IMG/VR virus record: IMGVR_UViG_3300033121_001287
Span: 1 to 64,000 of that record
Reading direction: 5' to 3' (one strand)
Length of the DNA: 64,000 nt
Source: a virus
Lineage: Duplodnaviria; Caudoviricetes
Position numbers and translations under genes: made by a program. The notes below the pieces were generated by a model that saw only the letters and a program-made list of their open reading frames with translations, was not told the origin of the DNA and ran no database searches. Position 1 is the first letter of the stretch, and every line of letters starts with the position of its first letter. Below are positions 46,839-55,599 of the stretch, one piece after another.

Positions 46839-47190
46839 ATGACTCTCATTGATCGACGATCAGGCGCAGACCGTCGATCTACACCCCCCCGGAGCCGACG
46901 TGCCTGAAAACGAATCCCTCAAGGTTGCGATTGCCACTCTGGCGGCGCAACTGCCATTCATAAGCACAGAACTTTCGAACCTAAGATCCGATGTTCAGTC
47001 TGTAAGGGATGCGGTGAATGCCGTGCCTGACCTTATCGATGAACGACTCGAGAAAGCGCTGAAGAACCACGTCCGCGTCGAGGAGTTTGCTCCCATCCGC
47101 GACACTGTCAACAACGCGATCAAGCTCGTGCTGGCAGCGGTGCTAGCCTCAATCCTCGGCTTGGTCATTCTGAAAACAAGGACGCCATGA
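46839..47190 (+). CDS. Holin/XhlA-like coiled-coil protein with C-terminal TM helix; reading frame broken at a C7 run
   Basis: RBS-backed ATG 46839 stops at 46905; the body is in the +1 frame; C7 at 46884-46890. Confidence 0.5.
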
Positions 47191-47663
47191 CTACCCCCGT
47201 CATTTGGCCGTACCGACTCGCGATGGCAGTGATTTGGGTTGGGCTCGTGATCTTTCTCACGACGGTGGGCTACATCGTGTGGCCCTCTCGCCCAATCTAC
47301 GTGAGTGAACCGATCCCTATCGAGAACAAGAACAAGCAGGTTGAAGCGGGAGATATTCTCTATCTTGTCATGGCTTACAATAAGCCATTCGACAACGAGA
47401 CCTTTATCGGTGTCATGGTGGCCAGTCGCGGCACGATATGGCTTCTTCCGGTCACCCTTGCGGCGCTGCCTCCGAACTCCGAAGACGAGCGAGGGCATGT
47501 CATACGAATACCGGTTCCTATTCCGCACGAAGTAACTCCGGGGCAGTACGTTGCCGTGCTATCGATTGTGCATCCGGTACGGCTCCCACTTCCCACTCTT
47601 TTTCATAACGCGGTGCGAGCGCATAGCGAGCCATTCACCGTCGTAGCGGCGAAAACACCATGA
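47187..47663 (+). CDS. Membrane-anchored hypothetical protein
   Basis: N-terminal hydrophobic helix. Confidence 0.6.
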   Translation: MTTPVIWPYRLAMAVIWVGLVIFLTTVGYIVWPSRPIYVSEPIPIENKNKQVEAGDILYLVMAYNKPFDNETFIGVMVASRGTIWLLPVTLAALPPNSEDERGHVIRIPVPIPHEVTPGQYVAVLSIVHPVRLPLPTLFHNAVRAHSEPFTVVAAKTP

Positions 47664-48130
47664 ACAGACCTAGCGAGCATCTCACGTGGGATGAACTGGC
47701 CTGCTGGAACCGATTTGTTCCAAGACCGTTCATGATCGCGCCGTATCCGCTTGACTACCGCGAAACAAGGCTTCCGATCCTCGTGAAGGAGTTCGAAGCC
47801 GTGCGCGCGGAGTTGTGCCATCGCGCTGGACGCGACGTGCCGATTACCATTAACTCCGCGTACCGCACTGCGGGCTACAACGCCCGATTGGAGGGTGCTT
47901 CACCCGTCTCGCAGCACGTTGAAGGACGAGCGCTGGATCTTGCGCTCTCTAGCGAGAACCGCCATCTTCTGCCCGATCTTTACGACTCCGTAGTGTGGAG
48001 ATCGAAGCAACCCGGCAGCGCTCTCAAAGGCATCGGCCGCTACAACACGTTTGTTCACATGGACGTTCGTCCCTCGACTCACGTCGCCACTTGGGATCTC
48101 AGATCCACGAAAGGAAATGACAATGCGTAA
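47660..48130 (+). CDS. Endolysin, peptidase M15A-like
   Basis: SAYRT..N..SQHVEGRALD..FVHMD zinc ligands. Confidence 0.88.
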   Translation: MNRPSEHLTWDELACWNRFVPRPFMIAPYPLDYRETRLPILVKEFEAVRAELCHRAGRDVPITINSAYRTAGYNARLEGASPVSQHVEGRALDLALSSENRHLLPDLYDSVVWRSKQPGSALKGIGRYNTFVHMDVRPSTHVATWDLRSTKGNDNA

Positions 48131-48536
48131 GCTCGCGCTACTGATCAGTCTTCTCCTCGCCTTGTTCGTCACCACGAACGCCTCGGCGCAGGTCATCAAT
48201 CCGACGGCCGTCGAATTCGACGCTTCCGCCGATCACAACACCGTTGTCCTGACGACGCCGGTGCTTACCAGCTACGAGCTGCGCGTTTTCAAGGTCACCA
48301 CGCCCACCGTCGTTGACAAACGGTTGAACCTCGCAAAGCCGTCGCCGGTGGCTGGCAAGATCATGGTCATCGACAAGGCGTTCTTCGATTCGCTCGCTCC
48401 GGGTGAATACGTTGCGCGTGTTGCGGCCATCGGACCAAGTGGGGAGGGAGAGAGTACGGTCACCGCCCCTTTCGGCAGAATGTCGGCTCCGGCGGCACCG
48501 GGGACGACTCCTGTGCTTCGGGTTACCGTCCCATGA
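48123..48536 (+). CDS. Secreted FN3/Ig-like protein
   Basis: MRKLALLISLLLALFVTTNASA/Q signal; SYEL..YVARVAAIGPSGEG. Confidence 0.6.
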   Translation: MRKLALLISLLLALFVTTNASAQVINPTAVEFDASADHNTVVLTTPVLTSYELRVFKVTTPTVVDKRLNLAKPSPVAGKIMVIDKAFFDSLAPGEYVARVAAIGPSGEGESTVTAPFGRMSAPAAPGTTPVLRVTVP

Positions 48537-48838
48537 TCGAGGTGACGGACTGGTCGCGAGAGGTGGCGCAGGGAGCGAGGGCTTGGATCCAATTCCGCCT
48601 CACCCGAGGCGATGGAACCGACCGACCGCCTCTCCGACCAGTCCGCATGCTTACTCTTGACGCGCGAATCGATGGTCGACCCGGCATTACCATTGTTGGG
48701 GACGACCTTCGGTTCGTAACTGGCCTCTCGATGATGATGGAGACGGAAGGCGTGTTCGGGCTGTACGTTTCTGCCGTCGATGACGCCGGTTGCACCGATG
48801 CGACTGCTTCGTTCAGACCTATCGTGGTGACTCGATGA
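48533..48838 (+). CDS. Hypothetical protein
   Basis: ATGA overlaps at both ends. Confidence 0.55.
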   Translation: MIEVTDWSREVAQGARAWIQFRLTRGDGTDRPPLRPVRMLTLDARIDGRPGITIVGDDLRFVTGLSMMMETEGVFGLYVSAVDDAGCTDATASFRPIVVTR

Positions 48839-49209
48839 ATGACAAGCCGGTTGCGGAACTCACGCAACCAGACGTGAACGGCGACGTGCTGTTGCTGTTT
48901 CACTGTCCTGGTTGCGGCATGGGGCATGGTCCTCGTGTGATCGGTACGCGCGTCGCAGCATTGTGGGAGTGGAACGGTGACCTCGTGCGCCCGACGTTGT
49001 CGCCGTCGATTCGAGTGCAGTGGTACCAAATGAGCGGGGAGGGTAAAGCGATGATATCGCGCGGAGAGTCACCCGCCGATGGAGAGTGCTACCCAGGCCG
49101 TGACATGCTTTGTCATTCGTTCGTGCGCAACGGTCGTATCGAGTTTCTCGGTGATTGCACCCATCACCTCGCCGGTCAATCAGTACCACTGGAGCCCATC
49201 GATGATTAG
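48835..49209 (+). CDS. DUF6527-like Cys/His protein
   Basis: FHCPGCGMGH..WNGD..PTLSPSI..CHSFVRNGRIEFLGDCTH. Confidence 0.6.
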   Translation: MNDKPVAELTQPDVNGDVLLLFHCPGCGMGHGPRVIGTRVAALWEWNGDLVRPTLSPSIRVQWYQMSGEGKAMISRGESPADGECYPGRDMLCHSFVRNGRIEFLGDCTHHLAGQSVPLEPIDD

Positions 49210-52200
49210 CGATGGTCGTTTCTCTCGACTCTCACCGCCCGCTGGCGAACATCTCGCAGCGGGCGCTCTTCGTATTACCATTGATGGATTCTTCGTCGGC
49301 TACGGCACCTTTCCGGTGTGGCTGAACGACTACGTACTGCTCTACACCCGTCAACCGGATCCAGCCAATCCGGGGCAGTACCCGGATAACGGCATGCTGA
49401 TGGCGTACAACCGCATCAGCCGTGAAACGGTCGAAGTAAAGATGACCGACTTCACGCCAGATTCGCTCTGCGCGAATCTCCTCGGTCAATGGGCCGTCTG
49501 CCGGGGCCGCACGATTATCACTTCCGACGGGCGTCAAGTGCAGAACGTGTTCCGCTCAACCTACGCTGGCGCTGATCTCTGCTGGTGCGTCGATACTGGA
49601 ACGACGGCGGATCTGTATCGAGAAGGGAAGTTGATTGAGCGCACGGTACATGACGTGCGCGGCGAACCGGACGGTCGCCTCTGTTACGTGAAGGTGCGCG
49701 GCGCAGAGCAGTGGGCTTGCGTGCATTACCCTGATGGCCACATCGCCGAATGGAGGTTGAAGGGTGCAGAAGAGTACCATCCGCACATCATCAACTGGCT
49801 CGGCGAAGAGTGGATGCTCTCGCACACCCGTGACGATAGACTGCTGCTTCGCACCGGCAACAACGGGATTGTCATTGCGCGCGGTGACACCTACGAACCA
49901 GACGCCGTTGTGATGGCGAACGGATTTCTCCGCGTTGTATGGGCCGACACCTTTGGCCGCCTCGTGGATCGCGAAATCGTGCCCCTCACGCGCACAACGT
50001 TTGGGGTTCGGGGCGAAGGGCTCTCCGGCTCCGACACTCTCACCGTGGGCGACCTGCGCCCGGTTGTTGAGCCGATTTCGGCCCCGTGGCCGCCCGGCGT
50101 CGGCTGGAAGGCCCGGCCGGATATCACCGAGATTGACATCGTTGAGTACCTGCTCGGAGATCGAAGCTGGTCGCGTAATGGAATGCACGTTCCGGCTGAT
50201 GCGGTGACTTATACGCATCCGTTTCAATCACGTGTGGTTGGCAGCGCGGTGCAGCATTCGAAGTTCGGGCCACCAAGGACTCGGGCAGCTACATGGCCGT
50301 TTACCGATAAGTGGGTCGGCTTGGGCTACGACGGTACGAATGCTCTTGGTGAAAGCGGAGGGCATACCGGTTATCGGTTTGTGAATCCCGGTACGTCGCA
50401 GACCGCTGCGCTGTATCCGCGCATCATGAAGGTAGGCAAGCAGCATGCTCATATTGTCACTCTCGACATCCTCGACCTCAATACGGGCAAGCCTCGCACG
50501 GTGAAGTGGAAGGGATGGGTTGCGAGCGTTTACGAGAACCTCGTACCCATCGGTGACATTCCAGCGGGCACCACTCACGCCGTTGTGATGTTCGAACCGC
50601 AACCTGATGATCCGGCGACGTGGCGCGAAACGAACATCGGGGCTCGTCATCTCGGGTGCTGGTACTGGGATGCCGAGAAAGTCGGTACCGGCAAGATCGA
50701 TCAACGTTGGGTCGGAACGAAAAACGCACCGCGATTCGAAGACATCGAAGCGTTGTTCGCGGATGCGCCTCCTGTAGAAATCATCGAAGTACCGAAACCT
50801 CCCACTCCACCAGAGGAGCCAGAAGTGCCTTCACCAACATTACCATCCGTCGTCGCTCTCCAATACGGACCTTCGGGTCTCTTTGCAGCCGTCGAACCGG
50901 ATGGTTCGATCATCGTCAATCGCGGCGAAGCAGGCGGGTATGAAACACTGCAGGTGAAGCCAGGTGCCGATGTGTTTCCCGGATCCATCTCGCTGCTCGC
51001 GCACACCGGCAAGTATCTGCGAGCCACTGACGCGGGTGAAAATCTCGGTTTGAAGATCGCAGCCACGGCAGAAGGTGTTGCAACCTACGAGTCGTTCCTA
51101 CCGGTCAAGTACGGCGACGGATACGCCTTGATGACATTCCACGGTGGGGTGCTGCAACCGAACGCGCAGGGAGCACTCGTCGGTGTGCTCAGCCCGCTCG
51201 ATCAGCATCTCTGGACTCTCAAACCGATGACCGGTGGGGGCTCTGGCGGAAGCGGAGGCGGCGGCGGATCAACGAGTGAACGGCTGCTGTCCGGTTCGCT
51301 TCGCATCGCGGATGACGGCAAGTGCTTCGTTGACAATAACGGCCCGTACAACCCGGTCATCAAGCACGCAGGAGATCTACTCTCACGCGTGATTCGCGGC
51401 CTGCGAGGCGATCCATCGCATCTTGCGTTCGTCGAAGAGTCACTGCGAATCGTTCGGGCCAACTTGTACGACGGCATCCGCACGTGGATTGCCACTTACG
51501 GGCCGCGCGAAGGCACCTTCTGGTGGCTGCGCGATACGAACCCGAACGATCCGTTGTTTGATCAGGCGGTCCTCTGGCTTTGCGATGCGCTGAAACGTCA
51601 CGGCCTCGGATGGCTCGTATCGGCCGGTGACATCTCGATGCTCTACTCGTCGATGGCAGAACGCACGGCAATCATGCGCCGCGTGGCGCTGTTGATCGCG
51701 AGCAAAGACCCATCGCTCGTTCTCGGCGTCGATGGCGGCAACGAGGCATGGCAGACCGGCGAGCCCGATCCGGCCCGCTTGCGTCAGATCGCGCAGGCCT
51801 TCCGCGACGTGATTCCGTGCGCGGTCTGGTCTTGCACTTCCGGCGCGTCGGAGTCGACCGAAGACGTCAACAAGTACGTCGGCTCCGTCGCCGATAAGCA
51901 CGGGTTCCGCGATAACGATACATGGGATCGTTTGCGGCACATCTTCTCTCCGACCGTCGAAGGCGGGTACGCGCGTTGGCTCATCATTGACTCCGAGATG
52001 TTCGGGTACGGTCGTAACGTATCAGCAACGAACCGAATGGAAACCGTGACGGCCGACAACGTTCGCATGGCCTGCGTGCAGGCGTGGTTGTCACGCACCC
52101 TGCCGGTGATCATGTCAAGCGTCGGCGTGATCAGCGACGGTAAGGTGGAACGTCTCGACAAGAACGTATTCCGCCCCATCTTCGATGCAGGTGAGAGCTT

Positions 52201-52489
52201 CGCGGATGCGCGCGGGATCGACGCTCCTATCGTGGCGCGGAAGATCGTTCCAAGCAACATCATGGCGTGGCCCGAACGCGTACACGGTGGCGCTCGCATG
52301 GCAGGCCGTCGCGTGCGCGCGGTGCCGTCGGACGATCCGACGCGATCCGATCAGGCGTTGTCAGGCACCGGGCAGGTGTTCGCGTTGGAGTACGGACCTC
52401 GGTGGTCTGAATGCTACTCAGAGAAGTCGTTGACCATCGAGGTTGAGCACCACTGGAGTGAGGGCCGCGCCATCTACGGTCGCCGCTGA
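49202..52489 (+). CDS. Large modular protein: N-terminal domains, fascin-like beta-trefoil, Gly linker, GH-A-like TIM barrel
   Basis: VALQ..AVEPDG..VNRGEAGGYET; GGGSGGSGGGGGS; GGNEAW and IDSEM putative catalytic Glu motifs. Confidence 0.6.
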   Translation: MISDGRFSRLSPPAGEHLAAGALRITIDGFFVGYGTFPVWLNDYVLLYTRQPDPANPGQYPDNGMLMAYNRISRETVEVKMTDFTPDSLCANLLGQWAVCRGRTIITSDGRQVQNVFRSTYAGADLCWCVDTGTTADLYREGKLIERTVHDVRGEPDGRLCYVKVRGAEQWACVHYPDGHIAEWRLKGAEEYHPHIINWLGEEWMLSHTRDDRLLLRTGNNGIVIARGDTYEPDAVVMANGFLRVVWADTFGRLVDREIVPLTRTTFGVRGEGLSGSDTLTVGDLRPVVEPISAPWPPGVGWKARPDITEIDIVEYLLGDRSWSRNGMHVPADAVTYTHPFQSRVVGSAVQHSKFGPPRTRAATWPFTDKWVGLGYDGTNALGESGGHTGYRFVNPGTSQTAALYPRIMKVGKQHAHIVTLDILDLNTGKPRTVKWKGWVASVYENLVPIGDIPAGTTHAVVMFEPQPDDPATWRETNIGARHLGCWYWDAEKVGTGKIDQRWVGTKNAPRFEDIEALFADAPPVEIIEVPKPPTPPEEPEVPSPTLPSVVALQYGPSGLFAAVEPDGSIIVNRGEAGGYETLQVKPGADVFPGSISLLAHTGKYLRATDAGENLGLKIAATAEGVATYESFLPVKYGDGYALMTFHGGVLQPNAQGALVGVLSPLDQHLWTLKPMTGGGSGGSGGGGGSTSERLLSGSLRIADDGKCFVDNNGPYNPVIKHAGDLLSRVIRGLRGDPSHLAFVEESLRIVRANLYDGIRTWIATYGPREGTFWWLRDTNPNDPLFDQAVLWLCDALKRHGLGWLVSAGDISMLYSSMAERTAIMRRVALLIASKDPSLVLGVDGGNEAWQTGEPDPARLRQIAQAFRDVIPCAVWSCTSGASESTEDVNKYVGSVADKHGFRDNDTWDRLRHIFSPTVEGGYARWLIIDSEMFGYGRNVSATNRMETVTADNVRMACVQAWLSRTLPVIMSSVGVISDGKVERLDKNVFRPIFDAGESFADARGIDAPIVARKIVPSNIMAWPERVHGGARMAGRRVRAVPSDDPTRSDQALSGTGQVFALEYGPRWSECYSEKSLTIEVEHHWSEGRAIYGRR

Positions 52490-52490
52490 T

Positions 52491-52694
52491 ATGGAACTTG
52501 AAGATCGGTGTATCGAGTCCTCTCGCCGCGTAAGCGAATGGCTAGACCATGCCGCAAAGTTGTGGAAAAAGGGGCTCGAAGAGGACTCCATCATTGCAGT
52601 GATGGAGGCGAAAAGCACACTGATTCATCTTGAAGGCACAATGCGCTCGCGCATCTGGCGCGCGGCCAAAAAGGAGGAAAAGTCAGATGAGTGA
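52491..52694 (+). CDS. Hypothetical protein
   Basis: Helical 67-aa ORF. Confidence 0.45.
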   Translation: MELEDRCIESSRRVSEWLDHAAKLWKKGLEEDSIIAVMEAKSTLIHLEGTMRSRIWRAAKKEEKSDE

Positions 52695-52983
52695 AAAAAC
52701 AAAGTTGTTCCTAACCATCCTGTTCCGATACGTCGTCGTCGCGTTGCTTGGTCGACTCGTTGACATCGGCGTGTTCACCAAGTCGGAAGCGGAATCCTTC
52801 ACACCGTGGCTCGTCGAAGTCGCGGTCACACTCGGCGTGCCGACGTTCATCGCGTTCTTGGCGCACTACGCGTCAAAGAGCAGACTGCGGCAGGTCGAAG
52901 CAGCTGCATCACTTCAACCCGAAGACGCCTCAATGAAAAACATCAACGAGGTGGCCAACCAGATGAAGAAGGAAGGACTATGA
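52687..52983 (+). CDS. Putative holin (two TM helices)
   Basis: Two hydrophobic segments and a charged C-terminal tail; GGAGG RBS. Confidence 0.6.
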   Translation: MSEKTKLFLTILFRYVVVALLGRLVDIGVFTKSEAESFTPWLVEVAVTLGVPTFIAFLAHYASKSRLRQVEAAASLQPEDASMKNINEVANQMKKEGL

Positions 52984-53453
52984 GCACACGACGCACCGCG
53001 TGCCTTCTGTTCCTCGCCGCAGCGCTGAACATCGGCTGCGCGGGGAACAGAGCGCCTGTCATTGTGGCCCAAGCCACACTCGGTCTCGCCGAGACGGTTG
53101 GGCAACTGCAAGAGTCGATGGTCAAGCTGCACCAGACCGGCGTCGTAGACGCGCAGAAGGCCTTGAAGGTGCAGCAGAAGCTGTTGGCCGTCAACAAGCA
53201 GATCGAACGGATCGTTCCATACCTCGAAGCCATCGACCGGGTGCAGAAGAGCGGAGTGAAGCCCACGGCTGCTGAGATTGACAAGCTGATCTCAGAGGTC
53301 TTTGCCATTCTGCAAGACCTGAACGTTGTTAATGGGGAGGTGCCGGTGGTGGATGCCACCAAGCCCTTTCTCGATCTGTACCGCGCGCTGCATACCGCCT
53401 TGACCACGACGATGATCGAACTCGGTCGAGTGCGCGTTGCGCTGGAGGGCTGA
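52980..53453 (+). CDS. Lipoprotein, helical (possibly spanin-like)
   Basis: MSTRRTACLLFLAAALNIGC lipobox. Confidence 0.65.
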   Translation: MSTRRTACLLFLAAALNIGCAGNRAPVIVAQATLGLAETVGQLQESMVKLHQTGVVDAQKALKVQQKLLAVNKQIERIVPYLEAIDRVQKSGVKPTAAEIDKLISEVFAILQDLNVVNGEVPVVDATKPFLDLYRALHTALTTTMIELGRVRVALEG

Positions 53454-53454
53454 G

Positions 53455-53715
53455 ATGCCGAACGAAAAAATCATGGAGATCGCCGGGCACATCGACGACG
53501 TCGTCATGCTCTTGACGAAGGCAAGCGTCGGGGTGCCCGTGATCACAGAGGCGGTGATCAGCGTGATCAAGATAGTGCAAGCACTCAAGGGCACCGCGCC
53601 GCCTCTGGACAGCATCATCGCGAAGATCAAGGCGCAGGCCGAACTGAACAACGTGCGTGGTCAAGCGATCATTGCGCAGCTCGAAGCCGAGATCGCGGCC
53701 TCGAAGCAGTCGTAG
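53455..53715 (+). CDS. Helical hypothetical protein
   Basis: GGAGG RBS; amphipathic. Confidence 0.55.
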   Translation: MPNEKIMEIAGHIDDVVMLLTKASVGVPVITEAVISVIKIVQALKGTAPPLDSIIAKIKAQAELNNVRGQAIIAQLEAEIAASKQS

Positions 53716-53752
53716 AAAGCTTCAAACTCGGGTCTAAAAGCGTACATCCCAA

Positions 53753-53778
53753 GGCTCCAAGGGGTAACCCTTGGGGCC
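53753..53778. terminator. Hairpin at the convergence of the two transcription units
   Basis: GGCTCCAAGGG-gtaa-CCCTTGGGGCC 11-bp stem; no clear U-tract. Confidence 0.4.
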
Positions 53779-53792
53779 GGGATTTCCAAACA

Positions 53793-53903
53793 CTATCGTT
53801 TGGCTCGGCGTGTGTGTTCCACCGCGCCCACAACCCCCAAGACCAGCAGGCCAAGTACGACGGCCGTCATGAGCATCGCGAAACTCACTTGATCGGGGTT
53901 CAT
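53793..53903 (-). CDS. 36-aa single-TM protein (not in the ORF track)
   Basis: MNPDQVSFAMLMTAVVLGLLVLGVVGAVEHTRRAKR; ATGA overlap with the upstream ORF. Confidence 0.55.
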   Translation of the reverse strand: MNPDQVSFAMLMTAVVLGLLVLGVVGAVEHTRRAKR

Positions 53904-54076
53904 TTTAGACTCATCAGGAAGTTGAAAAACGCTGCCACGAACGCTGCGAAGATCGCGAGCCTGAAGTTCATCGTCGCCTCTTTGTAACGCTCTTCAAGCA
54001 CGCAGAAGCCCGCAGCGACTCCAGCAAGCAGCGAAACAACGACGAGCATCATGAAGCAGATCCTGAGAACGATCAC
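53900..54076 (-). CDS. 58-aa two-TM protein (not in the ORF track)
   Basis: GGAG RBS plus GTG; two hydrophobic helices. Confidence 0.5.
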   Translation of the reverse strand: MIVLRICFMMLVVVSLLAGVAAGFCVLEERYKEATMNFRLAIFAAFVAAFFNFLMSLK

Positions 54077-54200
54077 CTGCGCGCTCCATTTCCAAAAGAA
54101 GAGTTAGAAGCCCCCGATTCGTTCTTCCCACCGCTCGGGAGCCACACGGCTGCGTCCGGAGTCCGAGGCGGCTCGGATCCCTCTCGCTCCGATGGGACTT

Positions 54201-54455
54201 CTAGACCGACGTACGCTGCCGCAGTCCAACCACGAAGGCCAGACCGCTCAGCATGGCTTCGTTCTGCGAGAGCTTCAACTTCGCGTCGGCGAGACGACCG
54301 CTCAACTCCGCGATCTCGCGTTCGAGAAACGAATTCTCGGTGGTGAGCATTGTGCGCTTGCGCGTGATGTTCGGCGTCGATTCGTGCATGTAATCCTGCA
54401 CCGCAGCTTCGTGCGATGCGCTGGCCTTCGTCGGACGGCGACGGCTCTTTGCCAT
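54201..54455 (-). CDS. Small coiled-coil protein
   Basis: LEREIAELSGRLADAKLKL; RBS before ATG 54455. Confidence 0.5.
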   Translation of the reverse strand: MAKSRRRPTKASASHEAAVQDYMHESTPNITRKRTMLTTENSFLEREIAELSGRLADAKLKLSQNEAMLSGLAFVVGLRQRTSV

Positions 54456-54528
54456 TCCTCGGCTCCTATCGATCCCGGTCAACGACGGGGTTACCGCCCC
54501 ACGCAGCGCCCCCGTCGTCGAAGTGTTA

Positions 54529-55359
54529 TTACATCTCGGTGGCTTCACCCTGCCCGTCGAACTTGCCCGTGTCGAAGCTCGTGTCGCCTTCGTCGTCGGC
54601 CACGCCATCACGGTTCGTCTCGATGACCTGATCCTTCAGCGACTCGTGGAACTGCTTCGCGAAGGCGAAGAGCGCCGCGCCAGCGGGCTTGTCCGTCGGA
54701 ATGAACCCGGCGTTTTTCACCGAGAAGACTCCGTAGGTGGTGTCCTCGCCCTTCTTGTTCTTCCCGCGCACGATCTTCGAGGAGATGTTGTACATGCGCG
54801 CGTAGATCGGCCCGGTGGTCTGCGCGATGAACGTCGTCCAGAGCCCGGCGGCCTTGCGCTGCTCCTTGTTCGTGGTCTTGATCGAAACGACCACACCTTC
54901 GGGAGCCTTGCCGGGCCGCAGCAGCAAGCTGATGAACTCGACGAACTCCGTGGCGCGCGGCGGATTGTCACCCTCCCACTGGAGGCGGGGATCACCGGCC
55001 GGGACGTTGCGGTCGAGTGGACGCTTCTTGTCCTGCGGATCGAACTCGATGCGCGTCACGTGACGCTTGACGGGTACGAGACGCAGCGGGCCTTCGCCGT
55101 AGATCTCCTCGCTGACGTCGTTGAACATCTGACCGATGGCCAGCCCCTTGATGTACTCGGCCGTGCCGGGCAGCAGCTGCGGGCTGAGACCCTGTGCGAT
55201 GGCGAGTCGGGGCAGGCGGATCTCGTCGGGCCGGATGTCTTCGGTGCCTGAGCGGTCGTTCGCGTTGATGCCTTCGGGACGCGCGACGGAACCTTCAAGC
55301 TCGCCCCAGTTCTGCTCTGCCAGTTCGAGTGCTTCGTTCTTCTGCGTTGTGTCAGCCAT
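54529..55359 (-). CDS. Putative ssDNA-binding/recombination protein
   Basis: EIRLPRLAIAQGLSPQ N-motif; acidic C-terminal tail; strong codon bias; replication-module context. Confidence 0.55.
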   Translation of the reverse strand: MADTTQKNEALELAEQNWGELEGSVARPEGINANDRSGTEDIRPDEIRLPRLAIAQGLSPQLLPGTAEYIKGLAIGQMFNDVSEEIYGEGPLRLVPVKRHVTRIEFDPQDKKRPLDRNVPAGDPRLQWEGDNPPRATEFVEFISLLLRPGKAPEGVVVSIKTTNKEQRKAAGLWTTFIAQTTGPIYARMYNISSKIVRGKNKKGEDTTYGVFSVKNAGFIPTDKPAGAALFAFAKQFHESLKDQVIETNRDGVADDEGDTSFDTGKFDGQGEATEM

Positions 55360-55597
55360 GTTGCGATCCTCGTGTGCTTTGTGCGTGATGTTGATGACAC
55401 CTTGCGCTCATGGGCAAGGCGCATTTCTTCCGGTTACAGCCCCACCAACCGCCTCCGTTCTTGTGGCCGTAGCACTCGGAGCAGAAGTGCTCGTGCGTAG
55501 GAACCCGATGTTCGCGGCAGTACTTCGTATAGCCGCGCCCGTCACTCTCGTACACCTTGCATCCGCATGCAAGGAGAATCTTCGGAGCACCACCCAC
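55352..55597 (-). CDS. Small Cys/His-rich protein
   Basis: CGC..CREH, CSEC..C..C. Confidence 0.45.
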   Translation of the reverse strand: MGGAPKILLACGCKVYESDGRGYTKYCREHRVPTHEHFCSECYGHKNGGGWWGCNRKKCALPMSARCHQHHAQSTRGSQHG

Positions 55598-55599
55598 GG

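Noticed and set aside
53753-53778. Resemblance of AACCCTTGGGGCC to the T7 terminator
   Set aside because: Short match, no U-tract, and no T7-like polymerase seen; treated as chance.
54108-54200. Possible tRNA
   Set aside because: No TTCGA T-loop, anticodon arm or CCA end.
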